Position numbers and translations under genes: made by a program. From a virus (lineage: Duplodnaviria; Caudoviricetes), in IMG/VR virus record IMGVR_UViG_3300028888_002023, positions 1 to 64,000 of that record: 64,000 nucleotides of DNA. The stretch is one strand, 5' to 3'. The notes under the pieces are model-generated. The model saw nothing but the letters and a program-made list of their open reading frames with translations. It did no database searches and had not been told where the DNA came from. Below, in pieces: positions 1-11,237 of this stretch. Every line of letters starts with the position of its first letter. Within the stretch, counting starts at the first letter, position 1.

Positions 1-2172
1 ACATAATTTCGTTAGTCTTTCTTTATAATGGTCATTTGAAATTGCTGTATTAACACAACCATTCATACTTAAAATATAGCATTTTTTCTTTGCTCTCGTG
101 ATTGCTGTATAAACTATTTTTCTTACGAGAAGAATGTTGCTAATTTCATTATCAAGAACTACGAAAACACAATCATATTCAGAGCCTTGGCTGGCATGAA
201 CAGTTGAAGCATATGATAAAGTTAACTCATTTACAGTAAATTTATCATATTTCACCAATCTGTCACCATAATCAACAACTAAAAGGTCTTTACAGTCTAT
301 ATTATCACTGTCTGTTGCTGATTTAATGCTCTGAACTACTCCTGTTTCACCATTAAATACATCTAAATCATAATTATTAACAGTATGACGAACTTTATCA
401 CCTACTTGAAAAGGAAATATATCTTCATCAGACCGTTTATTAGATGGGTTTATAGCATTTAATGTTGATTTAAGCTCTTTATTAAGGTTATTTACACCTA
501 AAATACCTTGTTTATACGCACAAATAAGCTGTACATTAAGTAAACCAAATTTTTCTACATTTTGTGTGTACATTTTCTTTAATAGTTCAACTGCTTTACC
601 TCTTTGAACAGACTGTGCAGAGGTACATATAAGGTCCTTAGACTTCAAATCTAATGGTATAAAGTTTCCTTCATTAACCATATTGCTATATTTGATAATA
701 TTACTGTCTTCAGCTTGTCTTGTAATATCTCTGAGATAGCAAATATTGAATTGTTCTGAATTAATAATGTCTTCCAAAAGGTTTCCAGCCTGTACTGAAG
801 GTAGTTGGTGTGTGTCACCAACTAAAATTAACTTTGTATCAGCATGTATATGGTCTAAAACTCGTTCAAATAAGCGAACATCAACCATAGATGCTTCGTC
901 AATAAGCACTAATGCATTCCTAGGCACAACAACTTCTTCGTAAGATTCTAAAGAGTTATCTCTAACCTTTAAAAATCTATGAATTGTTGATGCTGGGAAG
1001 CCTGTACATTCTGTTAGACGCTTTGCAGCTTTAGCAGTAGGTGCTATAAGGATAACAGTACCGCCACTTCTGTCTATAATACGGATTATAGCCTTAGAAA
1101 TGGTTGATTTACCACAACCAGCTAATGATGTAATAACACTAAACTGATGTAACAGGCATGAATGTATTGCATCTATCTGGTCTTGGTTCAGTTCAAACGG
1201 AAAATTATGTATTTCTTCTTCTATAATCTCGTCTTTATATATGTTAGAGGCTTCAATGTTATGCATTGTAAGCTGTCTAGCAATACTCTTTTCTGCTTCA
1301 TAAAATTCTGATAAAAATACGTTGCCATCACAGGCATGTATCTTATTATCATTCAATAATTTAGTCAAAGCGTAGTTGTAAAGTTGATTATTTTCAAGCC
1401 CTAATGTCTTTAAAAATATCTGTTTTAGCTGTAAATCAGAACAACCAGTAGAACCCCGGAGAACTGATTCACGTGTTAAGACATAAAGCATGCCATACTG
1501 AAGTCTATTATCATCATCAGCCTTTACACCAGCTCTTAAAGCAATTTCATCTACTTGATTAAAGGATAATGCTTCAGATTTCACAAGTAATTGATAAGGA
1601 TTCTCTTTAAGTATTTTTACAGCATCTTTACCAAACTCTTTATAAAGTTGCATAGTTAAAGAGAACTTGTTTAAACCTATTTCAGCACAATATTTAAGTA
1701 GTTCTTCCATTTCATAGTAAGATGAAACAGACTTTTTAACTACTTCAAATGTTTTTTCTCCAATACCAGATACTTGTTTTAGCTTCTCTGTATGGTGCAA
1801 AACTACATCAATACTATCTTTTCCGAATTTGTCATAAATTTTTTGAGCAAGTGCTTTATGAATACCATTAATAGAGGATTTTGTAAGGAAATTAATAATA
1901 GCTTCTTTTGATGAAGAGTCCTCTTGAACTTTATAATGCTGAAGCTGTAGTTGTTTTCCATATTTAGGATGTTCTACCTCTTCAGCAGTTAATGTCAGTT
2001 GGCAACCTTCGTAAATTCCTTCAAAGTTACCTGCAACTGTGGTTTCCATGCCAGATTTTAATTTGCCTGTCTGGTTAGGTGCTGTATAATTTATAGCAAA
2101 TACACCCCAGTTACTCTGACTATTATAGAATATTACCTTTGTTACCTTTGCATCTTTAATTGTTACTGACAT
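1..2172 (-). CDS. recD2: RecD2-like SF1B helicase (3' end runs off the window; absent from the ORF track)
   Basis: Manual translation from ATG at 2172 (MSVTIKDAKVTKVIFYNSQSNWGVFAI) is open to base 1. It has Walker A ITSLAGCGKST, HhH-like VSGIGEKT, LSYASTVHASQGSEYD and LYTAITRAKKK. Confidence 0.9.
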   Translation of the reverse strand, partial: MSVTIKDAKVTKVIFYNSQSNWGVFAINYTAPNQTGKLKSGMETTVAGNFEGIYEGCQLTLTAEEVEHPKYGKQLQLQHYKVQEDSSSKEAIINFLTKSSINGIHKALAQKIYDKFGKDSIDVVLHHTEKLKQVSGIGEKTFEVVKKSVSSYYEMEELLKYCAEIGLNKFSLTMQLYKEFGKDAVKILKENPYQLLVKSEALSFNQVDEIALRAGVKADDDNRLQYGMLYVLTRESVLRGSTGCSDLQLKQIFLKTLGLENNQLYNYALTKLLNDNKIHACDGNVFLSEFYEAEKSIARQLTMHNIEASNIYKDEIIEEEIHNFPFELNQDQIDAIHSCLLHQFSVITSLAGCGKSTISKAIIRIIDRSGGTVILIAPTAKAAKRLTECTGFPASTIHRFLKVRDNSLESYEEVVVPRNALVLIDEASMVDVRLFERVLDHIHADTKLILVGDTHQLPSVQAGNLLEDIINSEQFNICYLRDITRQAEDSNIIKYSNMVNEGNFIPLDLKSKDLICTSAQSVQRGKAVELLKKMYTQNVEKFGLLNVQLICAYKQGILGVNNLNKELKSTLNAINPSNKRSDEDIFPFQVGDKVRHTVNNYDLDVFNGETGVVQSIKSATDSDNIDCKDLLVVDYGDRLVKYDKFTVNELTLSYASTVHASQGSEYDCVFVVLDNEISNILLVRKIVYTAITRAKKKCYILSMNGCVNTAISNDHYKERLTKLC

Positions 2173-2209
2173 CTTGACTCTCTTTCATACTTTATTATGT
2201 CTTAAGACA

Positions 2210-2238
2210 ATTATACTACGAAAGAGTTATCTTGTCAA
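2210..2238 (-). promoter_or_regulatory. sigma70/sigmaA-type promoter for the helicase
   Basis: Minus strand TTGACA-17 nt-TATAAT, 38 nt upstream of the ATG. Confidence 0.85.
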
Positions 2239-2244
2239 GCAAGA

Positions 2245-5200
2245 CTAAATTGCTATTGTATTAATATCCTTTATCAAAATGTGATTAACTCTGTTATTAG
2301 TAGAATAATGACCATAGGAATTTAAGTAAGTGTATGTTTGAGAACTTAAATTACAATAAACAGTTATATCTTGTTCAATACCATTAAAACAGTAAGAGAC
2401 TGAAGTAATTTTATTTGATTTAATAATAACTGTACTTCCCATATTAGTGCAATTTCTAAAAAGACTATCAATAGAGGTAACATTAGCAGGTATAGTTACA
2501 GGTTGATTAAAATTAGAACATTCTCTAAATGTGCTATCCATACTAGTAACAGAATTAGGTATAGTTACAGGTTGATTAAAATTAGAGCAATAAGCAAAAG
2601 TATAGTACATACTATTAAATCTTGCATCATCAGAAATTATAACAGGATAATTAAAATTAGTGCAATTTATGAAAGCATTTATAACACATGTAACACTATT
2701 AGTTATATATACAGGTGCATTAAATACTGCATCTTGTTCTACAAAGGCATACATGTTAACATTACAAGTATTTCCCGGCTCAAAACTAATAACACTGTGA
2801 AAATTACTGCAATTTACTATGAAATTATGTACCCAATTGGTAGTATTTGGTATTTGTATTGCTTGATTAAAATTAGAGCAATTAACTATAAAATTAGATA
2901 TATTTAAACCATTTGTATGTGGTAATGTTATTGTGTTATTAAAATTAGTACAATTAACAAATGCATTGTATATATTTTTAGTATTTTCTGGAAAATTAGT
3001 ACGTTGATTATAAGCATAGCAATCTACAAATACATCAGAAAAATTACCATATTGATATGAATTAGAATAACCCGGTGTTCCATTTACAACCATTTTAGGG
3101 AAAGTAATTCTTTGATTAAAATTAGTGCAACCATTAAGCATATTATTAAAATACATAAGATATTCACACTCAAATGTAATAGGTTGATTAAAATTAGATG
3201 CACCTTGTATAAAACCATTGCACATATTAATTGATATATTAGCGGGAATAGTAATTGGTTGGTTATAATTACTATCACGGAATAAATTGGCTATATTAAT
3301 ATTAGGTCTATTTGGAATGTTAAAGGTACAATTGTAATTTGAACCCCTAAATAAATTATGTATACTATTAACATTATCTGGAATTTCTAACGGACAGTTA
3401 AAACTCTGACTATATGCAAATGTACTATCTAAAGATAAATTTGATATCCAATTAGGTACAACAAATGGGTGATTGTATGCACCAGTGTTAGCAAATAATT
3501 CCATTACGCAATCATAAGAATTTAATTTACGTGGGATTGTTACTGGGAAATTATAATATTTAGTACCTTTAAACATACCTCTTATATTGTTAGTTTTAGA
3601 TGGTATATTAAATTCAATATTATAATTTGTACAATTTGTAAATAAACCTGACAAATCTAAATAAGAACTAGTACCATTAGCAAGTTGTGCTTCTGTTGGT
3701 AAGTGTAGTTCACTATTAAAATTAGTACAACCTTCAAAGAAATTTTGCAAGCTATATATGCTAGAGTTATTAATAGTTATTGGATAATTAAAATTAGTAC
3801 AACCCGAAAACATGCCATATATAGATGTTGCCTTATCTGGAATAATTATTGGCTGATTAAAGTTAGTACAACCTGAAAACATACGTGCTGTAGCGGTACA
3901 ATTTTCTGGGATGTTTATTGGTTGGTTAAATTTTTCGCAACCATTAAATAAATATTCTACAGTACTACTATTTTGTGCTATAGTAATAGGTTGATTAAAG
4001 TTAGTACAACCTGAAAAAGTATAGCTCATACGTCTTGTATTTACAGGTATATTTATTGGTTGGTTAAAATTAGTACAATTAGCAAATGCATAATCTAAAT
4101 CCCCATTAAAATTTACTGGAATATTTAAGTGTTGATTAAAATTATAACAATTTATATATGTCATATAAAGAGACTCAACATTAATTGGTATATCTGGAGT
4201 AGATACTAAGTTAGGACAGTTAGCAAAGGTTCCTGCTAAATTATATACATTAACAGGATAATTATATACCGCTTTTAAATTAGTACAATTACTAAAAGCA
4301 TGAGACAAGTTAGCACTATTATATGCTGTGGACATTACAGAGCCAAAAGACTGAGAGTAAAATAAATTTGCTGTATATCTAATATTTCTAAAATCTACAG
4401 AATTTATATTATTATCAAAAGCAAACATTTGTGTTAAATAATAATGACCTTCATTAGCAGTAAAAGTAACATCAGGATTTTCTTCAATATTAAAAACTGG
4501 ATAGCATATAATATAACCTAAATCACTTTGCTTTGTATAGGTTTCAGCATATCTCCATTTAGAAGAATTTGGAGCTGAATATGTTATAAGTGATAAAGCT
4601 CCATCATTTTTTAAAATGCAATTATCTTTACGAGTTGATTCACTATAACCTAAATTTACTAATTCTTTATATATAGAAGTTCTGTCATCTGACCAATTAC
4701 TTTTAATATTAAAGAAAAATATATGTGCAGGTATAGTAGCATTTTGTGACCAAGGAGTAATGCGGTCTGTAAGAGTATATATCTTTAATCCATATGAAGA
4801 ATTATACCAACCATATAATCCAGCTACAGCATTATCCATAGAAGTATTTCTAGTAAATGTTGTATTTCTATTATCAGTAGATGCATTATAAGGGAAAAAG
4901 TTTACATTAAGACTAGTAGCATAATAATTATTACTTTGATTATATGTTCCACATTGCATACTTGTAGTATATTGATGGTAACTTGTATTTATAGCACATA
5001 CATCATCTGTTGAGGCAGCAAACCTACCATTTCTCCAAGGACCTCCTGTAAATGGTATACATAAATTCTTTTGTCCAGAATTTTTAAAAGTATTATTAAA
5101 ATTTGTTACAGTTGTACTTTTTAAATGTACATCAGCTTTAAAATTAGGAGTATCTGCAAAAGTACGATAGAAATTAGTAACACTTGCAGGGATGGTAATT

Positions 5201-6699
5201 GATTGGTTAAAATTATTACAAGATTCAAAAGTGCCATATAAGGTATTACATTTAAACCCTTCAGCAAAAGTTATAGGAGCATTAAAATTAAGGCAACGTG
5301 TAAATGTACCTGTTAAAATATTTACAGAATTAGGTATAGTAATAGGTTGATTAAAATTACGGCAACCTTGAAACATATATCCCATATCATTTACAGAACT
5401 AGGTATAGTAACAGGTTGATTAAAACTATTGCACTCTGAAAACATGCTATAAACACTTTTAACACCATTACCAATTGTTACAGGTTGATTAAAACTATTG
5501 CAATATGCAACTAAGCTGTCTGCATTCTGAACAGTTCCCGGTACATTAATAGGTAAGTTATATTTTGATTGCCAAAATAAACCTGCAGCACAAATAACAT
5601 TTGGTGGAATATTTACTGGATAATTAAACATATTACAACTTGCAAATAAACCAGAAATATCCGTAACTTGTGGGGGGATGTTATAAGGGATGTTAAAATA
5701 CATGCAACTTGAAAATAAATTTGATATATTTGTTACACTATTAGGTATATTTAAAGGTCTATCATTCCAAGGGGTTCCAGCCACCAGATAAGAAATATTT
5801 GTTATACCATCTGGAATAACCACTTCTTGATTAAAATTACGGCAACCTTGAAATAATCCTTCAATATTTTTTACATTAGTAGGTATATTTACAGGGTAAT
5901 TAAAATTATTGCATTGTGCTAACGCACGATTCATATCCTGTATACCTTCTGGAAATACAACAGGTTGATTGAACTGATTACATCCACAAAATAATTGGTA
6001 AGCATATTTTACTGTATTAGGTATTGTAATAGGTTGATTAAAACTATTGCAATAAAAGAATAAACTTCTAACATTCACAGTGTTATTAGGGATAACAAAT
6101 GGCTGATTAAATTTATTACAACTTGCAAACATTGATTCAATATTAACACCTTCATGAATTTCAGTAGGATTATTATAAGAGCTGCATCCATAAAATAAAT
6201 TAACAGCATTGGTTACTGTATTAGGAATAACTAATGGATAATTAAAAGAGGAACAACCATTTAACATACCAGAAATATCAGTTACCCCATAAGGGATAGT
6301 TACAGGGCAATCTAAGTTACGGCAATAATTAAAAGCGTAATACATATTAGTTACTTGACTATTCATGTTAGTAACTTCTCTTAAATTTTGGCAGTAATTA
6401 AATGCGAGGGACATATTACCATTCGTAAAAGGTACATCCATTAAATCAATTTTTCTGATTTGTGGTTTATTATTAAAAGGCATATTAGGACCAGAATACC
6501 CTGTATATCCACCTAATATAGTGCCTTCATTAGGAACATCTAAATCATTTACAGATGATTGCATTTTATAATTAGTTAAAACTTTGACATCAGCACCATT
6601 TTGTAATGTTGTGTTATAATAATCCCAATGGCTTAAATTAGCCCTAGAAGGGTATTTAACGTACAACATATCATATGTAAAAATTCTCTTCATTACCAT
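2245..6699 (-). CDS. BspA/DUF285-type leucine-rich-repeat protein (copy A), probable receptor-binding/surface protein
   Basis: Dozens of ~22-aa repeats of type CxNFNQPITIPNSVTNIxxMFxG in two blocks around a non-repetitive core; lies in the tail gene region. Confidence 0.8.
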   Translation of the reverse strand: MVMKRIFTYDMLYVKYPSRANLSHWDYYNTTLQNGADVKVLTNYKMQSSVNDLDVPNEGTILGGYTGYSGPNMPFNNKPQIRKIDLMDVPFTNGNMSLAFNYCQNLREVTNMNSQVTNMYYAFNYCRNLDCPVTIPYGVTDISGMLNGCSSFNYPLVIPNTVTNAVNLFYGCSSYNNPTEIHEGVNIESMFASCNKFNQPFVIPNNTVNVRSLFFYCNSFNQPITIPNTVKYAYQLFCGCNQFNQPVVFPEGIQDMNRALAQCNNFNYPVNIPTNVKNIEGLFQGCRNFNQEVVIPDGITNISYLVAGTPWNDRPLNIPNSVTNISNLFSSCMYFNIPYNIPPQVTDISGLFASCNMFNYPVNIPPNVICAAGLFWQSKYNLPINVPGTVQNADSLVAYCNSFNQPVTIGNGVKSVYSMFSECNSFNQPVTIPSSVNDMGYMFQGCRNFNQPITIPNSVNILTGTFTRCLNFNAPITFAEGFKCNTLYGTFESCNNFNQSITIPASVTNFYRTFADTPNFKADVHLKSTTVTNFNNTFKNSGQKNLCIPFTGGPWRNGRFAASTDDVCAINTSYHQYTTSMQCGTYNQSNNYYATSLNVNFFPYNASTDNRNTTFTRNTSMDNAVAGLYGWYNSSYGLKIYTLTDRITPWSQNATIPAHIFFFNIKSNWSDDRTSIYKELVNLGYSESTRKDNCILKNDGALSLITYSAPNSSKWRYAETYTKQSDLGYIICYPVFNIEENPDVTFTANEGHYYLTQMFAFDNNINSVDFRNIRYTANLFYSQSFGSVMSTAYNSANLSHAFSNCTNLKAVYNYPVNVYNLAGTFANCPNLVSTPDIPINVESLYMTYINCYNFNQHLNIPVNFNGDLDYAFANCTNFNQPINIPVNTRRMSYTFSGCTNFNQPITIAQNSSTVEYLFNGCEKFNQPINIPENCTATARMFSGCTNFNQPIIIPDKATSIYGMFSGCTNFNYPITINNSSIYSLQNFFEGCTNFNSELHLPTEAQLANGTSSYLDLSGLFTNCTNYNIEFNIPSKTNNIRGMFKGTKYYNFPVTIPRKLNSYDCVMELFANTGAYNHPFVVPNWISNLSLDSTFAYSQSFNCPLEIPDNVNSIHNLFRGSNYNCTFNIPNRPNINIANLFRDSNYNQPITIPANISINMCNGFIQGASNFNQPITFECEYLMYFNNMLNGCTNFNQRITFPKMVVNGTPGYSNSYQYGNFSDVFVDCYAYNQRTNFPENTKNIYNAFVNCTNFNNTITLPHTNGLNISNFIVNCSNFNQAIQIPNTTNWVHNFIVNCSNFHSVISFEPGNTCNVNMYAFVEQDAVFNAPVYITNSVTCVINAFINCTNFNYPVIISDDARFNSMYYTFAYCSNFNQPVTIPNSVTSMDSTFRECSNFNQPVTIPANVTSIDSLFRNCTNMGSTVIIKSNKITSVSYCFNGIEQDITVYCNLSSQTYTYLNSYGHYSTNNRVNHILIKDINTIAI

Positions 6700-6700
6700 A
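6625..6700. repeat. 76-bp exact repeat (second copy 11128..11203) at the 5' ends of the two LRR genes
   Basis: Direct comparison; a further 54-bp exact match at 5037..5090 / 9537..9590. Confidence 0.85.
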
Positions 6701-6732
6701 ATTCATTTTATCCTATTTAACTTAAAATCTAA

Positions 6733-9700
6733 TTAAATAGCCACAGAGTTGATGTCCTTAAGGATAACGTGTCTATTTCTATTTGTTGTGGAAAATCCTT
6801 GCTGGTTTAAATAAGAATATGTGGTAGAACTTAAATTACAATAAATAGTTAAATCTTTAGTAAAATCATTAAAAGCGTAAGACATATAAGTAACATTATT
6901 AGCCTTTATAATAATAGGTCCACTCATATTAGTACACATATTAAAGCAGAACTGTAAATTATTAACATTAGCTGGAATAGTTACTGGTTGGTCAAAATTA
7001 GTACAATACTTAAATGTACCTTCCATATTAATTACTGTATTAGGTATTTCTGTAGGTTGATTATAATTTACACAGTTGTCAAATGTATAACTAAAAGAAT
7101 TTATTTTATCTGCATTATCAAATATGATTGGAGAATTAAAGTTAGAACAATTAGAAAAAGCGGATGAAATATTACGTATACTATTTGTAATATATAAAGG
7201 GGCATTAAATGTATTGTCTTGAGCCATAAAAGCATACAATGAATAATTACCACCAGCTTCAAACATAATTAAACTGTGGAAATTAGGACAATTATTTACA
7301 ATTCGTTTACAAACATTAACAGTATTAGGAATTGTTATTACAGTATTATAATTAGGACAATTAACAAGAACATTAGATACAGTTAGGTTGGGGGTGCGTG
7401 GAAATGTAATTGTACTATTAAATTTAGTACAATTAACAAATGAATATTCAACATTTGTTGCTCCATTTGGAATAACTGTAGGTCTATCATAATCATAACA
7501 GTCTGCAAATACATAATCAAACCTACCTATATAGTAGTCACCATATTTTGATGATACAGAATATCCATTAGTAGTATAATTATTAGGGACTGGTGCAGGG
7601 AAATTGACTCTTTGATTAAAATTATGACAACCACTAAACATGTAGCTATAATTTAAGATATATGGAGCTTGAAAGTTAATAGGTTGATTAAATTTAGAAG
7701 CACCTTGTATAAATCCTAAATAATAGTCATATTCCATATTAGCAGGAATATTGATAGGTTGATTATAATTGCTGTTACGGAATAAGTTCATCATATTAAT
7801 ATTATTTCTATTGGGAATATTAAATGGACAGTTATAATTTGAATTAGCAAATAAATCAAAAGCATTAGTAACATTATTAGGAATATCTACAGGACAATTA
7901 AAACTTTGAGTACCTGCAAATAAATTATAAATCTGAAGATTAGCAATCCAATTAGGTATTTCAAAAGGGTGATTAAACGCAGAAGCATTCTCAAATAAAC
8001 CTTGTATACTATAATTAGAATTTAAACCTTGTGGGCATACTACTGGGAAATTATATGCCGTACCTGCAAACATCCCTTGCATGCATCTAGTAAAATCTGG
8101 TAAATTAAATTGAATATTATAATTAGTGCAATTTTTAAATGTATTATTAAAAGTTACTCCAGATACTGGTGGTATATCTTTATCATAATATGAGTTAGGT
8201 ATTGTAAATGTGCTATTAAAATTAGTGCACCCCATAAAAATATTAGTAAAACTAGTTATAGATGTATTATTAACAGTTATAGGTTGATTAAAATTAGTAC
8301 AGTTTTGAAAAAGAGTAGATATTTCAGATGCTGTATCAGGAATAATTATAGGTTGGTTGAAACTACTACAACCTTCAAATGCATAACTTAAATAAGTGAC
8401 ATTAGCAGGTATATTTATAGGTTGGTTGAAACTACTACAGTTATGAAACATAGATGACATTTGAGTAACATTGTCAGGTATATTTATAGGTTGATTAAAA
8501 TTATAACAATTATAAAATAAAGAACTTGTACTACTAACTTTAGATGGAATGTTTACTGGTTGGTCAAAATTATAACAACCACAAAATAAAGCACTTATAT
8601 CGGTTACATTTTCTGGAATATTTATACGTTGATTAAAATTATAACAATTATAAAATGTGTAACTTAAAGAAGTTACTGTATTAGGTACATCTGGTACTGA
8701 TACTAAATTATAGCAATTATCAAACATATGATACATATTAACCATATTAGATGGATAATTATATACTGCTTTTAAATTATAACAGTTTTGAAATGCATTA
8801 CGCATATCAGCACAATTATTAGTAGGTCTTAGCAAAGCTGGAGTATATGAATCTCCATAAGGTCCATAAGCAGGAGGTGCAGTATAATTAATATGATTAA
8901 AGTCTACTGAATTTACATACCTGTTACCCTTAAACATATGTGTATAATAGTAATGCCCTTCAATATTGTTGAAAACTACATCACTATTTGTTTCAAGATT
9001 TGCAGATGGAAAATAAATAACATATCCAATCTTATTTACACCAAGATACACTTCAGAATATCTCCATCTAGCAGAATCTGGGGTTGTATACTGTATTAGC
9101 GAAGGTATAGTATCTCTTTTTAATAAACAATTATTTTTACGAGTTGACTCAGAAAATCCTTGTGAAGTAAAATAATTATAAATCTGAGTTCTACCATCAG
9201 TATAATTGCATTTTATATTATAAAAGAATAATTGCTTTATACCTTCAGAAGATGTTTGACCATTTATATAATCAAATAACGTCCATACTTTTAATCCATA
9301 TGAAGAATTATACCAACCATATAATCCTCTGTCTGGGATGTCTAAATATGTATTTCTATTAAATACTGTATTTGTGTTAAATCTACTAGGATTTTGAAAA
9401 TTATAAATAGTAATACTATTCATAAGATGTTGTTGGTCATTATAGTTATAATTGGAAATAGCAATTTTATTTGCCCAATCAGGTGTAGGCATAAATATTA
9501 CGTCTGTTGTAAGACCTGTAAATCTGCCATTAGTTAAAGGACCTCCTGTAAATGGTATACATAAATTCTTTTGTCCAGAATTTTTAAAAGCCAATTCCAT
9601 ATTTGTTATAAAATCACTGCTAATATGTAAATCTGCTGTCCAATTTGGTGTGTCATTAAAAGCATAATATAAATTAGTTACTGTGTTAGGTAAGTATAAT

Positions 9701-11202
9701 TCTTGATTAAAATTAGTACAACCAGAAAGTATACCATATACTGATTCAAGCTGTGAATTAGATGCAAAAGTTATAGGAGCATTGAAATTTTTACAACCAC
9801 CTAATAATGAAGATACACTTTTTACAGAATTAGGTATAGTAATAGGTTGATTAAAATTAGTACAACCTTGAAACATTTGACCAATATCTTTAACTGAATT
9901 AGGTATAGTAATAGGTTGATTAAAATTAGTACAACCTTGAAAAGCACCATATAAATTTGTTACACCGTTACCAAAGTTAACAATAGAATTAAAATTAGTA
10001 GAAGAATAAAAAATATAATAAGCGTTCCTTATATTATTAGGTAAATTTATTGGTAAATTAAAATTAGAACAACTTGAATATAAGCCAGAGCATTCTGTTA
10101 CATTAACAGGAATGTTTAAAGCTATATTAAAATTGCTACAACTAGAAACTAAATTAGATATATCTGTTACTTGTGGTGGAATAACCCATGGTATATTAAA
10201 ATATTTACAACCTGAAAATAACCCATAAATATTGGTAACACTATTAGGGATATTTAAAGGTCTATCATTCCAATTAGTGTAAGCTAATAAATATCTGATA
10301 TTTGTTATACCTTCTGGTATAATAGTTTCTTGATTATATTGATAGCAACCTTGAAATAATCCTTCAATATTTTTTACATTAGTAGGTATATTTACTGGGT
10401 AATTAAAATAGTTTCTGCACTGAGATAATGCATAGGACATATCTTTTACACCTTCTGGGAATACAACAGGTTGATTAAAATTATAGCAATAACCAAATAA
10501 ATTAGACACATTAGTAACTGTATTTGGTATAGTTACAGGTTGATTAAAATTAGAACACCCATTAAAAACACCTGCTATATCAGTTACATTAGCAGGGAAG
10601 GTAAATTCACAATTATACCTATCACAAGAATTAAATAAATATTTAATTGATGCACCTTCTGGTACTGTTGTCGGACAATTATAATTTCTGCAATAAGAAA
10701 ATAAATAGTCTGCATTAGTAACTGTATTTGGTATAAATAAAGGATAATTATATTGCTCGGCTTGACCAAGCATTTTAGAAATATTAGTTACCCCATAAGG
10801 GATAGTGACAGGACTATTAAATCTTTGACAATAATTGAAAGCACCAGCCATGTTAGTTACTTGACTATTCATGTTAATAACTTCTCTTAAATTAGAGCAA
10901 TAATAAAATGCCCAGCTCATATCACCATTGACAAAAGGTACATCCATTAAATCAATTTTTCTGATTTGTTGGTGTTGCATAAAAGGTGTAGAACCTTGAG
11001 TACCTGTATAATTGTTTAATACAGTACCTTCATTAGGAACATCTAAATCATTTACAGATGACTGCTGCAAATAGTTTCTTAAAAGTGTAACTTCAGCACC
11101 ATTTGCCAATGTTGTGTTAACATAGTTCCAATGGCTTAAATTAGCCCTAGAAGGGTATTTAACGTACAACATATCATATGTAAAAATTCTCTTCATTACC
11201 AT
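6733..11202 (-). CDS. BspA/DUF285-type leucine-rich-repeat protein (copy B), tandem paralogue of 2245..6699
   Basis: Same architecture, identical first 25 aa (MVMKRIFTYDMLYVKYPSRANLSHW), shared KNSGQKNLCIPFTGGP, similar C-terminus. Confidence 0.8.
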   Translation of the reverse strand: MVMKRIFTYDMLYVKYPSRANLSHWNYVNTTLANGAEVTLLRNYLQQSSVNDLDVPNEGTVLNNYTGTQGSTPFMQHQQIRKIDLMDVPFVNGDMSWAFYYCSNLREVINMNSQVTNMAGAFNYCQRFNSPVTIPYGVTNISKMLGQAEQYNYPLFIPNTVTNADYLFSYCRNYNCPTTVPEGASIKYLFNSCDRYNCEFTFPANVTDIAGVFNGCSNFNQPVTIPNTVTNVSNLFGYCYNFNQPVVFPEGVKDMSYALSQCRNYFNYPVNIPTNVKNIEGLFQGCYQYNQETIIPEGITNIRYLLAYTNWNDRPLNIPNSVTNIYGLFSGCKYFNIPWVIPPQVTDISNLVSSCSNFNIALNIPVNVTECSGLYSSCSNFNLPINLPNNIRNAYYIFYSSTNFNSIVNFGNGVTNLYGAFQGCTNFNQPITIPNSVKDIGQMFQGCTNFNQPITIPNSVKSVSSLLGGCKNFNAPITFASNSQLESVYGILSGCTNFNQELYLPNTVTNLYYAFNDTPNWTADLHISSDFITNMELAFKNSGQKNLCIPFTGGPLTNGRFTGLTTDVIFMPTPDWANKIAISNYNYNDQQHLMNSITIYNFQNPSRFNTNTVFNRNTYLDIPDRGLYGWYNSSYGLKVWTLFDYINGQTSSEGIKQLFFYNIKCNYTDGRTQIYNYFTSQGFSESTRKNNCLLKRDTIPSLIQYTTPDSARWRYSEVYLGVNKIGYVIYFPSANLETNSDVVFNNIEGHYYYTHMFKGNRYVNSVDFNHINYTAPPAYGPYGDSYTPALLRPTNNCADMRNAFQNCYNLKAVYNYPSNMVNMYHMFDNCYNLVSVPDVPNTVTSLSYTFYNCYNFNQRINIPENVTDISALFCGCYNFDQPVNIPSKVSSTSSLFYNCYNFNQPINIPDNVTQMSSMFHNCSSFNQPINIPANVTYLSYAFEGCSSFNQPIIIPDTASEISTLFQNCTNFNQPITVNNTSITSFTNIFMGCTNFNSTFTIPNSYYDKDIPPVSGVTFNNTFKNCTNYNIQFNLPDFTRCMQGMFAGTAYNFPVVCPQGLNSNYSIQGLFENASAFNHPFEIPNWIANLQIYNLFAGTQSFNCPVDIPNNVTNAFDLFANSNYNCPFNIPNRNNINMMNLFRNSNYNQPINIPANMEYDYYLGFIQGASKFNQPINFQAPYILNYSYMFSGCHNFNQRVNFPAPVPNNYTTNGYSVSSKYGDYYIGRFDYVFADCYDYDRPTVIPNGATNVEYSFVNCTKFNSTITFPRTPNLTVSNVLVNCPNYNTVITIPNTVNVCKRIVNNCPNFHSLIMFEAGGNYSLYAFMAQDNTFNAPLYITNSIRNISSAFSNCSNFNSPIIFDNADKINSFSYTFDNCVNYNQPTEIPNTVINMEGTFKYCTNFDQPVTIPANVNNLQFCFNMCTNMSGPIIIKANNVTYMSYAFNDFTKDLTIYCNLSSTTYSYLNQQGFSTTNRNRHVILKDINSVAI

Positions 11203-11237
11203 AGCTAAATTAACCCAACCTTTTTATAAAATAATAA

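Noticed and set aside
9829-9945. CRISPR-like regularly spaced repeats
   Set aside because: The 66-bp period is the in-frame 22-aa LRR unit; no unique spacers, no cas genes.
2245-11202. Diversity-generating retroelement acting on the LRR genes
   Set aside because: No reverse transcriptase in the window and no template/variable repeat pair differing only at adenines; the copies are full-length diverged paralogues.
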